A stretch of DNA of 63,634 bases, counting the filler, from an uncultured Methanosarcinales archaeon (GTDB taxonomy: Archaea; Nanobdellota; Nanobdellia; Woesearchaeales; JAGLXL01), in assembly GCA_964472345.1 (NCBI GenBank). It is 4 parts of 4 records of this genome, joined end to end, with 100 filler letters (N's around TTAATTAATTAA, not from the genome) between each part and the next. Parts side by side here need not be neighbours in the genome. Positions count along the whole stretch, not along the records: positions 32,746 to 48,783 come from CAYYLB010000025.1; 3 more parts are not named here. One strand, 5' to 3'. Of this stretch, positions 37,614-48,025 are shown piece by piece; position 1 is the first letter of the stretch; each line of letters begins with the position of its first letter. The position numbers and the translations under genes were made by a program. Under the pieces are notes generated by a model. That model was not told where the DNA came from, searched no databases, and saw nothing but the letters and a program-made list of their open reading frames with translations.

Positions 37614-39119
37614 ATGCTCCCCATCGGCACCATCTTAAAGCACTACAAGCGGAAAGACATCCAGCAGGCGATCGTCGATCATGTGCGTGACCGTGAGGTG
37701 GCTGCACGATTTGATGAGCAGTTCGGGAAGCGGCCCGATGCGCTGCAGTATGGGGAGGATATCCTCGAGCTCGCAAAGCAAGGGGCCACCTCATTCCACT
37801 GCTCGGAAGAGCGCTGGCGCAATCCCCTCCAGCTGGTGCCTGAGATGCGGGTGCACGAGCTGGATGCGCTGCGGAGCGGATGGGACCTGATCCTTGATGT
37901 TGACTGCAAGAAATGGGAGTATGCGAAGCTGATTACGCATCTGCTCGTGAAGCTGCTGCAGGGGTTCGGCGTCTCAGCCATCAGCGTGAAGTTCAGCGGC
38001 AACAAGGGGTTCCACATCGGCGTGCCGTTTGAGGCGTTCCCGCGCAAGCTCCACGGCAAGGAAACGAGGCTGTACTTTCCGGATGGGCCGCGCAGGATTG
38101 CGGCATATCTCGTGCATCTGCTCGGGCAGCGGTTCCTTGCGATGGTGCCGGAGAAAAACGAGCGCACGCTCGCGGAAGCGCTGGGAATGAAGCCGGAGGA
38201 GCTTGTCGTGATGGAGTGCAGGGCGTGCGGGATGAAGCAGCAGGAAGCACGGCAGGAGCTCATCTGCCCCAAGTGCGAGGAGCGCATCGCGAGCGGGGAG
38301 CGTTATGCAGCATGCCCCAAGTGCGGAAAGCTGATGGTGAAGCAGCAGTTTGGGATTGCGGGCTGCATCGGGTGCGGGAAACGGGAGCTGGCGAAGCGGA
38401 TTGCAGTTGAGCGGATCCTTGAGGTCGATACGCTGCTGATCTCCTCGAGGCACCTGTACCGGGTTCCCTACTCACTGCATGAAAAATCAGGGCTGGTGTC
38501 GGTGCCGGTTGCTGTCGATAATGTCCTTTCGTTTGAGCGCGATGCGGCGCGGCCGGAGGCGATTACGGCCGTACCGCAGTTCCTGCCGAGGGCTGCGCAT
38601 GCGGAGGAAGCGAGCCCGCTGTTCGTGCAGGCATTTGACTTTACGCAGCGCAGGAGCGAACCTGCGGAGCGGCGCACGGTGGAAGTGCCCGCGACGGCAA
38701 TCGGAGAGGAGCATTTCCCGCCGTGCATCCAGCGAATCGCGCAGGGGCTTGAGGACGGGCGGAAGCGGGCCGTGTTCGTGCTCATCAATTTCCTGCGCAG
38801 CGTCGGATGGAGCATGGAGCAGGTGGAGCAGTACCTGCGCATGTGGAATACGCGCAACACGCCGCCGCTGCGCGAGAAATATCTCGTGGGGCAGCTGCGC
38901 TTTGCGAGGCTGAAGAAGCCGATGCTGCCGCCGAACTGCGGGAACACCGCCTATTACCAGAGCATGGGCATCAAGTGCGCGGAGAATATATGCATCAAGT
39001 GCAAGAATCCGGTGCAGTATGCGAAGAGGAGGGTGAGGATGGCGCAAACAACAAGAAAAGAGAAGAAAAAGAAAGAAGAAATGGTGTCCATCCCGGAGAA
39101 AAATACTGTAAACGAGTAG
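37614..39119 (+). CDS. priS: fused archaeal DNA primase PriS-PriL with zinc-ribbon insert
   Basis: WDLILDVD, FSGNKGFHI, RVPYSLHEKSGL; C-terminal FPPCI...PPNC...C..C. Confidence 0.88.
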   Translation: MLPIGTILKHYKRKDIQQAIVDHVRDREVAARFDEQFGKRPDALQYGEDILELAKQGATSFHCSEERWRNPLQLVPEMRVHELDALRSGWDLILDVDCKKWEYAKLITHLLVKLLQGFGVSAISVKFSGNKGFHIGVPFEAFPRKLHGKETRLYFPDGPRRIAAYLVHLLGQRFLAMVPEKNERTLAEALGMKPEELVVMECRACGMKQQEARQELICPKCEERIASGERYAACPKCGKLMVKQQFGIAGCIGCGKRELAKRIAVERILEVDTLLISSRHLYRVPYSLHEKSGLVSVPVAVDNVLSFERDAARPEAITAVPQFLPRAAHAEEASPLFVQAFDFTQRRSEPAERRTVEVPATAIGEEHFPPCIQRIAQGLEDGRKRAVFVLINFLRSVGWSMEQVEQYLRMWNTRNTPPLREKYLVGQLRFARLKKPMLPPNCGNTAYYQSMGIKCAENICIKCKNPVQYAKRRVRMAQTTRKEKKKKEEMVSIPEKNTVNE

Positions 39120-39332
39120 AAGACATCGTGCCCAGCCCTATCTCTGCTTCAACTAAGTGTGTGCTGGCGGCCTCTACTTCCCCCCTACAACCGCCTTAAA
39201 TCGGGCCTGTTGAAGAAACCTTTATAAACAACTGCCGTCCTCGATGCGCAGAGCCCGAGTCCTCGCGGCGCACAGGGCTGGGAAGCGCGTTCTCAGCTAT
39301 CGCCTGCCGCAACTCGATGTTGATCATTTATC

Positions 39333-39866
39333 ATGGCAGAGCAAACGTTAAAGCATCTCGTACGGATCGCAAACGCCGACCTCGAGGGAGCGAAGCCGCT
39401 GGGGCACGCGCTGCTCAAGATCCATGGAGTCAGCTTTCCGTTCGCGCAGATGGTATGCACGCTGGCGAAGATCGACCGCACCGCGACAACCGGGATGCTC
39501 AGCGACGAGCAGATTGCGCTGATTGACCGGATCCTGAAAGCGCCCCTGCAGCATGGAGCACCGGTGTGGATGGTGAACCGGCGGCGCGATTACGAAACGA
39601 ATGAAGATCGCCACCTCGTCGGGGCGGACATCGCATTTGTCCAGGAAAATGACATCAAGCGGCTGAAGAAGATACGCTCGTACCGCGGCATCCGCCATGG
39701 ATACGGCCTGCCGGTCCGCGGGCAGCGCACGCGCTCAAATTTCCGCAAGAACAAGGGCAAGGTGCACCTCGGCGTGCAGCGCAAGAAGGTCGAGGCGACA
39801 GCGGCTGCAGAAGGCAAGAAAGGAGGGAAGGAAGCAGGAAAGAAAGAAGGGGGGAAAAAGGAGTAA
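39333..39866 (+). CDS. rps13: 30S ribosomal protein uS13
   Basis: VRIANADLEG, PVWMVNRRRD, SYRGIRH..GLPVRGQRT. Confidence 0.97.
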   Translation: MAEQTLKHLVRIANADLEGAKPLGHALLKIHGVSFPFAQMVCTLAKIDRTATTGMLSDEQIALIDRILKAPLQHGAPVWMVNRRRDYETNEDRHLVGADIAFVQENDIKRLKKIRSYRGIRHGYGLPVRGQRTRSNFRKNKGKVHLGVQRKKVEATAAAEGKKGGKEAGKKEGGKKE

Positions 39867-39869
39867 ACA

Positions 39870-40442
39870 ATGGGAGATCCACGACGGCTGCGGAAAAAGT
39901 ACGAAACGCCAATGCATCCCTGGCGGCGCGAGAACCTTGGGGAGGAGAAGGTGCTCGTGAAGGAATTTGCACTCAAGAACAAGCATGAGCTCTGGAAGAT
40001 GCGGTCGGCCCTGCGCGCGTTCAAGAACCAGGCGAAGAAGCTGATTGCGGCGCGGGGCAGTCAGGCAGCGCGTGAGCGCGTGCAGCTGATCCAGCGGCTG
40101 GAGCGCCTTGGGCTGGTACGCGGCGACGCGCCGCTTGAAGACATCCTGGGTCTGACGGTCCGCGACATCCTCGAGCGGCGCCTGCAGAGCATTGCGTTCC
40201 GCAAGGGATTCGCACGGAGCATGGAGCAGGCGCGGCAGTTCATCGTGCACCGCCATGTAACGATTGCGGGAAAACGCGTCACGGCGCCGGGCTACCTCGT
40301 CCAGCGGGCGCAGGAAGCGGTGATTCAGTTCGCCGCGCGGTCGAGCTTAGCGAATGCGGGGCATCCGGAGCGGGCGCGGCCTGAGCAGGCAGCACCCCCG
40401 CCGCAGGCAGCAAGCGAGGCACCAACGCCGGAGGCGGCATAA
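39870..40442 (+). CDS. rps4: 30S ribosomal protein uS4
   Basis: [35 protein letters not shown]. Confidence 0.97.
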   Translation: MGDPRRLRKKYETPMHPWRRENLGEEKVLVKEFALKNKHELWKMRSALRAFKNQAKKLIAARGSQAARERVQLIQRLERLGLVRGDAPLEDILGLTVRDILERRLQSIAFRKGFARSMEQARQFIVHRHVTIAGKRVTAPGYLVQRAQEAVIQFAARSSLANAGHPERARPEQAAPPPQAASEAPTPEAA

Positions 40443-40443
40443 T

Positions 40444-40857
40444 ATGATACCAAAGCGCACGCAGCAGGGCGGAGAGCGATGGGGGATTGCCCACATCTAC
40501 TCAAGCTACAATAACACAATCCTGCATGTGACCGACATCACCGGGACTGAGACGCTGGCGCGATCATCCGGCGGGCAGGTCGTGAAGGCAGACCGGCTGG
40601 AAAGCAGCCCCACGGCAGCCATGCTCGCCGCCAAGAAAGTCGCGGAGCAGATCCGTGACAAAGGCATCAGCGGCCTGCATGTCCGCGTGAAGGCGCCGGG
40701 CGGGCATCAGGGGCCATCGAATCCCGGGCCTGGGGCGCAGGCGGCGATCCGGGCGCTGTCGCGTGCCGGACTGCGGATAGGGAAGATCGAGGATGTGACG
40801 CCCGAGGCGCACGACGGATGCAGGGCCAAGGGCGGGCGGCGGGGGCGGCGCGTATGA
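40444..40857 (+). CDS. rps11: 30S ribosomal protein uS11
   Basis: [33 protein letters not shown]. Confidence 0.97.
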   Translation: MIPKRTQQGGERWGIAHIYSSYNNTILHVTDITGTETLARSSGGQVVKADRLESSPTAAMLAAKKVAEQIRDKGISGLHVRVKAPGGHQGPSNPGPGAQAAIRALSRAGLRIGKIEDVTPEAHDGCRAKGGRRGRRV

Positions 40858-41645
40858 ACATTGAGCTGCTGGGCTGGAGCAAGAAGCGGCAGATTATGCA
40901 TTTCCTGCTCAAGCAGAGCACCGACGCGTTTGCGAACCTGATCCGGCGGTGCATCATAGATGAGGTTCCGACGCTTGCGATCGAGGACGTGGAGTTCAAG
41001 GAGAACAGCTCCGCACTGTATGATGAGATCATCGCACACCGGTTAGGGCTGATGCCGATCACGACTGACCTTAAGAGCTATGTGCTGCGCGAGCAGTGCA
41101 GCTGCAAGGGACAGGGCTGCGCATCGTGCCAGCTTGTCATCACCCTGAAATCATCGAAGAAAGGGATCGTCACGGCGGGCGAAGCGAAAAGCAGCGACAG
41201 CGGGTGCACCTTCGTGTTCGGGGGGATGCCGGTCGTTGAGCTTATCGCGAGGCAAAAAATTGAGCTGGCGGCAACGGCAGTCCTCGGCAAAGGAAAAGAT
41301 CACGCCAAATGGGCGCCGGCACTTGCCTATTACAGGAATGAGCCGAGCATCAAGATTGAGAAGGCGCTCAGCGAGGAACAAAAGCGGCGGATTGCCCTCA
41401 CCTGTGGTGATGCGGTCACCGTGAACGGAAAAGTGAAGGTAGATACGGAAAAACTGCACACCAGCGCGCGGTTTGATGCCTGCATCGGCGCGCTTGAGGA
41501 TGCAGGCGCCATCGTCACAGAAACAGGCAACCACATCTTCACTGTGGAGAGCTGGGGCCAGCTTGACTGCAAGACGATCCTTGAACAGGCTGCAGATGCC
41601 GTGTTGCGTTCGCTCGATGAGGTGGAGCAGCAGCTTCCGAGCTGA
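40854..41645 (+). CDS. rpoD: RNA polymerase subunit D (Rpo3)
   Basis: ANLIRR...[41 protein letters not shown]. Confidence 0.96.
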   Translation: MNIELLGWSKKRQIMHFLLKQSTDAFANLIRRCIIDEVPTLAIEDVEFKENSSALYDEIIAHRLGLMPITTDLKSYVLREQCSCKGQGCASCQLVITLKSSKKGIVTAGEAKSSDSGCTFVFGGMPVVELIARQKIELAATAVLGKGKDHAKWAPALAYYRNEPSIKIEKALSEEQKRRIALTCGDAVTVNGKVKVDTEKLHTSARFDACIGALEDAGAIVTETGNHIFTVESWGQLDCKTILEQAADAVLRSLDEVEQQLPS

Positions 41646-41660
41646 CGGCACTCGATCCAT

Positions 41661-41792
41661 GCGGGGGTGCCGGAGTGGCCAATGGGAATCGGAAACGATT
41701 TCCGACCAAACGGGCTAGGTTGAGGGAATGGCTTGCCATTGCAGACGCCTAGTGGCTTAGTGCCTGCGAGGGTTCGATTCCCTTCCCCCGCA
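41661..41792 (+). tRNA. tRNA-Leu(GAG) with two introns (41683-41709 and 41726-41746)
   Basis: Acceptor GCGGGGG/CCCCCGC, D-stem CCG/CGG, anticodon stem CTAGG/CCTAG, long variable arm, T-loop TTCGATT; 84 nt after splicing. Confidence 0.93.
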
Positions 41793-41823
41793 TTCCATTC
41801 ATTGACATTGAACCTGAGGAACC

Positions 41824-42186
41824 ATGAAGAGAACAGGACCAAGCGACCCTTCGCTGCAGCGGCTCATCGCCGAGCTGAAGCAGACCGCGCACGCACAGGA
41901 GGCACCGCTCTGGGGCAGGGTCGCTTTTGACCTCGAGAAGCCGACGCGGCAGCGGCGCGCCGTGAACGTTTACCATATCGAGCGGTTCGCGCGGGACGGA
42001 GAGACGGTCCTTGTTCCAGGAAAGGTCCTCGGGACGGGGACGCTCAACCGGAAAGTGACGGTGGCCGCGTTTACCTTTTCGCAGCAGGCTGCCGAAAAGA
42101 TCGCGAAGACCGGCGGCAAGGCGCTTGCGATTGATGATCTCCTTCGGGAAAACCCGAAAGGCAAGAATGTGAGGGTCCTGGGATGA
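41824..42186 (+). CDS. rpl18e: 50S ribosomal protein eL18
   Basis: LEKPTRQRRAVNV, VLVPGKVLGTG, VAAFTFS. Confidence 0.96.
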   Translation: MKRTGPSDPSLQRLIAELKQTAHAQEAPLWGRVAFDLEKPTRQRRAVNVYHIERFARDGETVLVPGKVLGTGTLNRKVTVAAFTFSQQAAEKIAKTGGKALAIDDLLRENPKGKNVRVLG

Positions 42187-42608
42187 AAGTGATTGATGGG
42201 GCGGGGCTGATCATTGGGCGCGTCGCGACGGCAGCTGCAAAAGCGGCGCTCCTCGGGGAGGATGTTGCCGTGGTGAACTGCGAAAAGCTAGTCATTACCG
42301 GAAGCAGGGCAGTCATTTTTGCGCGGCAGCGGTTCCTTGCGGACCTGAAGGGGAAGCCGACAAAGGGAAGATTTTATCATACGCGACCAGAGTTTTTCGT
42401 AAAGCGGGCAATCCGCGGGATGCTCCCGCGCAGCACCCGGGGGATTCACGCGCTCAAGCGGATCCGCTGCAGCATCGGCGTCCCTGCGGTGCTGCGGGAG
42501 AAGCCGCACGAGCGCGTTCCGGGAGCAGATGTCTCCAAGGTTACTCAGTCGCGGCATCTCAGCGTCGAGGAGATCTGCAAGCATGCGGGTGGAACATGGC
42601 AAGCGTGA
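42183..42608 (+). CDS. rpl13: 50S ribosomal protein uL13
   Basis: IDGAGLIIGRVA, VVNCEKLVITG, KRAIRGMLP. Confidence 0.96.
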   Translation: MKVIDGAGLIIGRVATAAAKAALLGEDVAVVNCEKLVITGSRAVIFARQRFLADLKGKPTKGRFYHTRPEFFVKRAIRGMLPRSTRGIHALKRIRCSIGVPAVLREKPHERVPGADVSKVTQSRHLSVEEICKHAGGTWQA

Positions 42609-42997
42609 TTGTCACAACGAGCGGAAAGCGGAAGCGGGCAATCGCGCGTGCGACGCTTGCTCCAGGGAAGGGCGTGGTCCGGGTGAACCGGCGTCGGCTT
42701 GAGTTCTTTTCCAATCCCCTTGCGCGCCTGAAGATCCAGGAGCCGTTGGTGCTTGCCGGCGAGCAGCTGAAGGATATTGATATTGATGTGAGGGTTGCCG
42801 GAGGGGGGGCAAATGGCCAGACTGAGGCCGCGCGGCTTGCGATCGCACGGGCTCTTGTCGCCCATGACGAGAAGCTCAAGCAGGTGTTTGACGCGTATGA
42901 CCGCCTGCTGCTCGTGGCCGATGTGCGGCGGAAGGAGCCGCGCAAGCCCGGAACGCACAGCAAGGCGCGGGCAAAGACACAGAAATCCTACCGGTGA
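42596..42997 (+). CDS. rps9: 30S ribosomal protein uS9
   Basis: GKRKRAIARA, GGGANGQ, YDRLLLVAD.RRKE, QKSYR. Confidence 0.97.
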   Translation: MASVIVTTSGKRKRAIARATLAPGKGVVRVNRRRLEFFSNPLARLKIQEPLVLAGEQLKDIDIDVRVAGGGANGQTEAARLAIARALVAHDEKLKQVFDAYDRLLLVADVRRKEPRKPGTHSKARAKTQKSYR

Positions 42998-43058
42998 TGA
43001 AAATGGAACATGCCCAGCACCTCCAAAAATCCGAAAAATGTCTGACAGGTGATGCACT

Positions 43059-43256
43059 ATGATGATTCCGATCCGCTGCTGGAGCTGCGGGAAGCCCGTC
43101 GGGCACCTGTGGGAAGAATACAAGGAGCGCATCGAGAAGGGGGAGGAGCGCAAGAAGGTGCTCGACGAGCTCGGGCTGGAGCGCTACTGCTGCCGCGCGC
43201 TGTTCCTCGGGCACGTTGATCTGGTGGGCACGATCGCGGAGTTCAAGAAGTTTTGA
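43059..43256 (+). CDS. rpoN: RNA polymerase subunit N (Rpo10)
   Basis: MMIPIRCWSCGK, LGLERYCCR. Confidence 0.97.
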   Translation: MMIPIRCWSCGKPVGHLWEEYKERIEKGEERKKVLDELGLERYCCRALFLGHVDLVGTIAEFKKF

Positions 43257-43368
43257 TGAGGTCTGTACAGGAAGAAGCAGCGTAACCGTGAGCATGCACT
43301 GAAACACAAACAGGCATAGGGCGGGCATAACATAAAGCATTTAAAGCGACTTCTTTTCCGTTTTTGTC

Positions 43369-45893
43369 ATGGTCGACCTCAATGCCGTCGCAAAGAAATG
43401 GCAGGCAGCGTGGGCTGCATCCGGCATATTCCGGGCCACGGGGAAATCAAAGAAGCCGAAGCTGTACTGCCTTGAGATGCTGCCATACCCTTCCGGAAAA
43501 CTGCACATGGGCCACGTGCGCAACTATTCTATCGGTGACTGCTACGCCCGTTTCAAGCGGATGCAAGGCTACAACGTTCTTTACCCTATGGGGTTTGATG
43601 CCTTTGGGCTACCGGCGGAAAATGCCGCCATCGAAAAGGGGATTCATCCCGCACAATGGACGTTCCAATGCATTGGTCAGATGCGCGAGCAGCAGAAGCA
43701 GCTCGGTTTCAGCTACGACTGGTCCCGCGAGGTGATCACCTGCGTCCCTGAGTACTACCGCTGGAACCAGTGGATCTTCCTCCAGTTCCTCAGGAATGGG
43801 CTGGTGTACAAGAAAGAAGCGCCGGTCAACTGGTGCGATGGATGCCAGACCGTTCTTGCCAATGAGCAGGTTGAGGATGGGGGGTGCTGGCGCTGCAAAA
43901 GCGAAGTCACGACAAAGAATCTCAGCCAGTGGTTCTTCAAGATCACGCACTACGCAGAGGAGCTGCTGAACGATCTCAGCAAGCTCGAGCACTGGCCGGA
44001 GCGCGTCAGGACCATGCAGCGCAACTGGATCGGGAAGAGCGAGGGCAGCCTCTTTACNNNNNNNNNNNNNNNNNNNNNNNNNNNNNNNNNNNNNNNNNNN
44101 NNNNNNNNNNNNNNNNNNNNNNNNNNNNNNNNNNNNNNNNNNNNNNNNNNNNNNNNNTCTGGGTTGCAAGCTACGTTCTTGCTGAGTACGGCACAGGAAT
44201 CGTCAAATGCTCAGCGCACGACGAGCGCGACTTCCGGTTCGCAAAGAAGTATGGGATACGCCTCAAGGTTGTTCTTGTTCCCAATGACCCTGCGCGCCGC
44301 AAAAGAGTTGAGGCGTTTGAAGAATTCTTCAGGGAAGATGATGGAGTGCTGACAGAGCCAAAAGAAATGGAGGGCAAAAGCTATCTCGAAGCGAGGGAAC
44401 CCATGCTCGATTACCTTGAAAAGCGGGGTTTTGCGAAGCGGACAGCCAACTACAAGCTCCGCGACTGGCTCATCAGCAGGCAGCGCTACTGGGGCACCCC
44501 CATCCCGATTGTGTACTGCGGCGCCTGCGGAATCGTGCCGGTGCCCGAGCAGGAGCTGCCGGTCGTGCTGCCCAACGACGTGACATTCACTTCCAGCGGG
44601 AATTCGCTCGCCAGCAGCGAATCATTCGTGAATGCCGCGTGCCCGCGCTGCAGCAGGCGGGCCCGGCGCGAAACTGACACCATGGACACATTTGTCGACA
44701 GCAGCTGGTATTTTTTCAGGTATTGCGACAACAAAAACGACAAGCTGCCCTTTGAGAAGGGAAAAGCGCACGCCTGGATGCCCGTTGACCAGTATATCGG
44801 CGGCATCGAGCATGCCATCCTGCACCTGCTCTACGCGCGCTTCTTCACCAAGGCGCTGCGCGACCTTGGCCTGGCTTATGCTAGCGAGCCGTTCACACGG
44901 CTGCTGACCCAGGGCATGGTGCTGAAAGATGGAGCGAAGATGTCGAAGAGCCTTGGAAATGTGGTCGATCCTGGCGAGATCATTAACAGGTACGGGGCAG
45001 ACACCGCCCGCGTGTTCATCCTCTTCGCTGCGCTGCCGGAAAAGGAGCTCGAATGGTCCGAGCAGGGCGTCGAAGGCAGCTACAGGCTCCTGCAGCGCAT
45101 TGCGGCGCTGTTTGAAGAAAGCCCATCAGTAGGGGGCAATACAAGGACCCTCCGCGACCGGCATCTCCGGAGCCAGACGCACCGCACGATAAAGCTTGTC
45201 ACCAGGCATATGGAGCGCTTTGAGTTCAGCTTTGCCATCGGCAAGATAAACGAGCTTGCCAGGGCGCTCACGCGCTACAGGAGCGCCGGCGAGCTCAACA
45301 GCGCACTCTACGCGGAATCGCTCACAGCCCTTACGCTGCTCATCAGCCCCTTTGCACCCCATCTCGCGGAAGAGCTCTGGGAGAAGCTTGGGAAGAAGCC
45401 ATTTGTTTCAGCGCACCGATGGCCGAAGGCAAACGAAAAATACATCGATCCCTTGGTGGAAGCTGCGGAAGGGCTTGTGGACGCGAGCATCGCAGACATT
45501 GACGGCATCCTGAAGCTTGCTGCCATCAGGAGGCCGCAGCGCATCTCCATATTCATTGCAGAGAAGTGGAAGTACCTATTTATTGGTGCGGTGCGGCAGC
45601 AGCTTGCGAAGACGCGCAACACCGGCGAGATCATCAGGGCAGTCCTGAAGAATGCTGCGCTCAGGAAGCACGGCAACGAGATCGCGAAGCTCGTCCCGAA
45701 ACTGGCAGCAGACCCGAGCAGGCTGCCTGCGGCTGAGCTTGAGCAGAAGACCGAGCTGAAGGCGCTGAGGGAGAGCCGGCAGCTTATCGAAAAGGAATTC
45801 AAGTGCACGGTTGAGATTGCCCGGGCAGAAAAGAGCGGCGAGCAGAAGGCGAAGCAGGCGATGCCGGGAAAGCCGGGGATTGTGGTTAAATAG
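43369..45893 (+). CDS. leuS: leucyl-tRNA synthetase (interrupted by 100-N gap at 44058-44157)
   Basis: [44 protein letters not shown]. Confidence 0.96.
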
Positions 45894-45951
45894 TCATTCT
45901 TTAGTGGTAAATTTAGAAAGATTTATATAGTCGAAATTGTGCGAGGCGCGC

Positions 45952-47052
45952 ATGACTGAGACATTAAGAATACCCTCCTATGTGCCACGTGTGCTTATTC
46001 CGCAAACAGTGCATACGTCGATTGCTCCACTTATAGAAGCAGTTACTGCCGCAGGTTTGTGGGTCAACGATACGTATGAAGCTTGGTGTGCCGCGAGACG
46101 TAAAAATAAAGATGTTTATGAACTTGCTGAACATAAAGAAGGCAAAGATCTTGTCAGTCGACTCGACCGTACATCAGAAGAAATCATGGCTCACTTCTTG
46201 AGAAAAACAGGATTTACCGGCAGCATTTTTGGAGAGGAGCATGGTGTAACCTTCCCAAATCAAGACGGAAAGCGGATAAAACTTGTAGGCGCCGGTGGCC
46301 TCATTGCATTGCTGGACGGTGTTGATGGTACTGAGCACCTCCTAAAACAAACACGGGGACCGGAAAGCCCGTATGGCACTTTTTGTGGGATTGTTGAGGA
46401 GAGTCCTGAAGGAGTGCTTCGCCCTGCCGCCGGAGCCGCATACTTGCCACGCCAACGTCAAGGATTTGCAGCTTCAGTAAAAAATGGAATTGCCATAACC
46501 TACAAAATCACAAACACTCGGGGTGGTGCACACATATCTGGAAGCGCGCTCGAACCATTCAGCCAAGACAGAAAAGACTTTATTTACAACTTAGGTTTCT
46601 TCCCTACAAAGCCGGGACAGGAACTTCCAGAATGGTTTAAAAATGTGCAGCAGCACGGCACACGTCCCGAGTGCTTTGGCGAGCAAAGGTCATTGGTAAA
46701 TACAATCGGGCCTGAATCGTTAGCATATTTAGTCGATAATTACTCGGCAGGCCGCGAGGCGGGCGTGGGCCCGTCAGTTGTTGTTATGGGGGGCCCAATG
46801 CTTCACGATATCGCTGCATTCGCCCCAGTTATTACCATTCTCGGGGGTGTTATCGGTGATGAAAATGGGAATCTTCTCGGAAGAGATGCTGCTTTTGTGC
46901 CGCCTCTCGTTCATGGCGGCCGCACTCTCGATACTGTCGCAAAAATCATAAAAGCAGAAATTCTCCACAAGACCTCACTCGGACTGGTTATTCTTGCCCA
47001 AAATGAAGGTCTCTACAAGACTGCATTAAACTATGTTAAAGGGTTTCCATGA
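45952..47052 (+). CDS. divergent inositol monophosphatase/FBPase-superfamily protein
   Basis: DLVSRLDRTSE, IFGEE, LDGVDGT, HDIAAF. Confidence 0.7.
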   Translation: MTETLRIPSYVPRVLIPQTVHTSIAPLIEAVTAAGLWVNDTYEAWCAARRKNKDVYELAEHKEGKDLVSRLDRTSEEIMAHFLRKTGFTGSIFGEEHGVTFPNQDGKRIKLVGAGGLIALLDGVDGTEHLLKQTRGPESPYGTFCGIVEESPEGVLRPAAGAAYLPRQRQGFAASVKNGIAITYKITNTRGGAHISGSALEPFSQDRKDFIYNLGFFPTKPGQELPEWFKNVQQHGTRPECFGEQRSLVNTIGPESLAYLVDNYSAGREAGVGPSVVVMGGPMLHDIAAFAPVITILGGVIGDENGNLLGRDAAFVPPLVHGGRTLDTVAKIIKAEILHKTSLGLVILAQNEGLYKTALNYVKGFP

Positions 47053-48023
47053 GCTCGTTAACACCTTTGATATCTGAGCAACAGGCTCGCGATATTCTTG
47101 CGGATCACTTTAGCCTGAACATTCAAGAACTAAGAAAAATGCACGGGTACGAAGATGTCAATTACTATGTTTGTGCATCCAATGCTGCCGGAAGCATAAA
47201 AGAATATGTTCTCAAGGCAACTCTTCGTGACAGTGCCGAAGATCTCGACCTTCAAAACACGGCAATGGATCATCTAAGAAACTCCGGCTTCGTGGTGCCA
47301 GAACTGATTGTCTCTCGTGAAGGAAAGGCGATTCTTTCGTTCAACAATATGCGTGTGCGTCTCTTGACATATCTACCAGGAACACTTCTGTGTGGTATAC
47401 GGCTCAATTCAGGTTTACTTCAGCAGCTAGGAGCGCTCGCAGCGCGTATGGATAAAGCATTGCGATCGCTACATCATCCAAGATCCAATCGCGAGCTCGT
47501 ATGGGACTTAAAGCACACCCCGAAAATAAGAGAAGTTATGTGGTCATTAAATGCCCAGGATTCGGTGCTTATCCTCTACGTCCTCAATAAGTTCGATCAA
47601 GTAGTTCAGCCCCGTCTTTCTCTCCTCCGCGAGTCGATCATCCACAACGACCTGCATGCGATGAACGTGCTGACGGATGGCACTAAACTCACAGGAGTTA
47701 TTGACTTTGGGGATATTGTACGTACACAGACCATCAATAGTCCTGCGATTTGCATCGCACATTTAATGATGAACCAGCCAAACCCAATTGAAGTAGCTCA
47801 AACAATCTACCATTCCTACAATTCCGGGTTCCCGCTAACGCCTGACGAACAACAAGTGCTGCCTTATCTCATTCTCTCGCGGTTAGCGATGCTGCTTGCG
47901 TGGTGTACTTACTATTTCAATGAAGACCGACAGAATGTATACATAGCATCTTTCATTGCGCCATCGCGCATGCTTCTTACTCAATTAAAATCAAATCTAC
48001 TATTCTTTGATATATTCAAATAA
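47049..48023 (+). CDS. APH/hydroxylysine-kinase-like phosphotransferase
   Basis: GYEDVNY, YVLK, LLTYLPG, IIHNDLHAMNVL, GVIDFGD. Confidence 0.85.
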   Translation: MSSLTPLISEQQARDILADHFSLNIQELRKMHGYEDVNYYVCASNAAGSIKEYVLKATLRDSAEDLDLQNTAMDHLRNSGFVVPELIVSREGKAILSFNNMRVRLLTYLPGTLLCGIRLNSGLLQQLGALAARMDKALRSLHHPRSNRELVWDLKHTPKIREVMWSLNAQDSVLILYVLNKFDQVVQPRLSLLRESIIHNDLHAMNVLTDGTKLTGVIDFGDIVRTQTINSPAICIAHLMMNQPNPIEVAQTIYHSYNSGFPLTPDEQQVLPYLILSRLAMLLAWCTYYFNEDRQNVYIASFIAPSRMLLTQLKSNLLFFDIFK

Positions 48024-48025
48024 AA

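Noticed and set aside
44058..44157. Apparent frameshift or split in leuS
   Set aside because: The frame change falls in a 100-N gap of arbitrary length.
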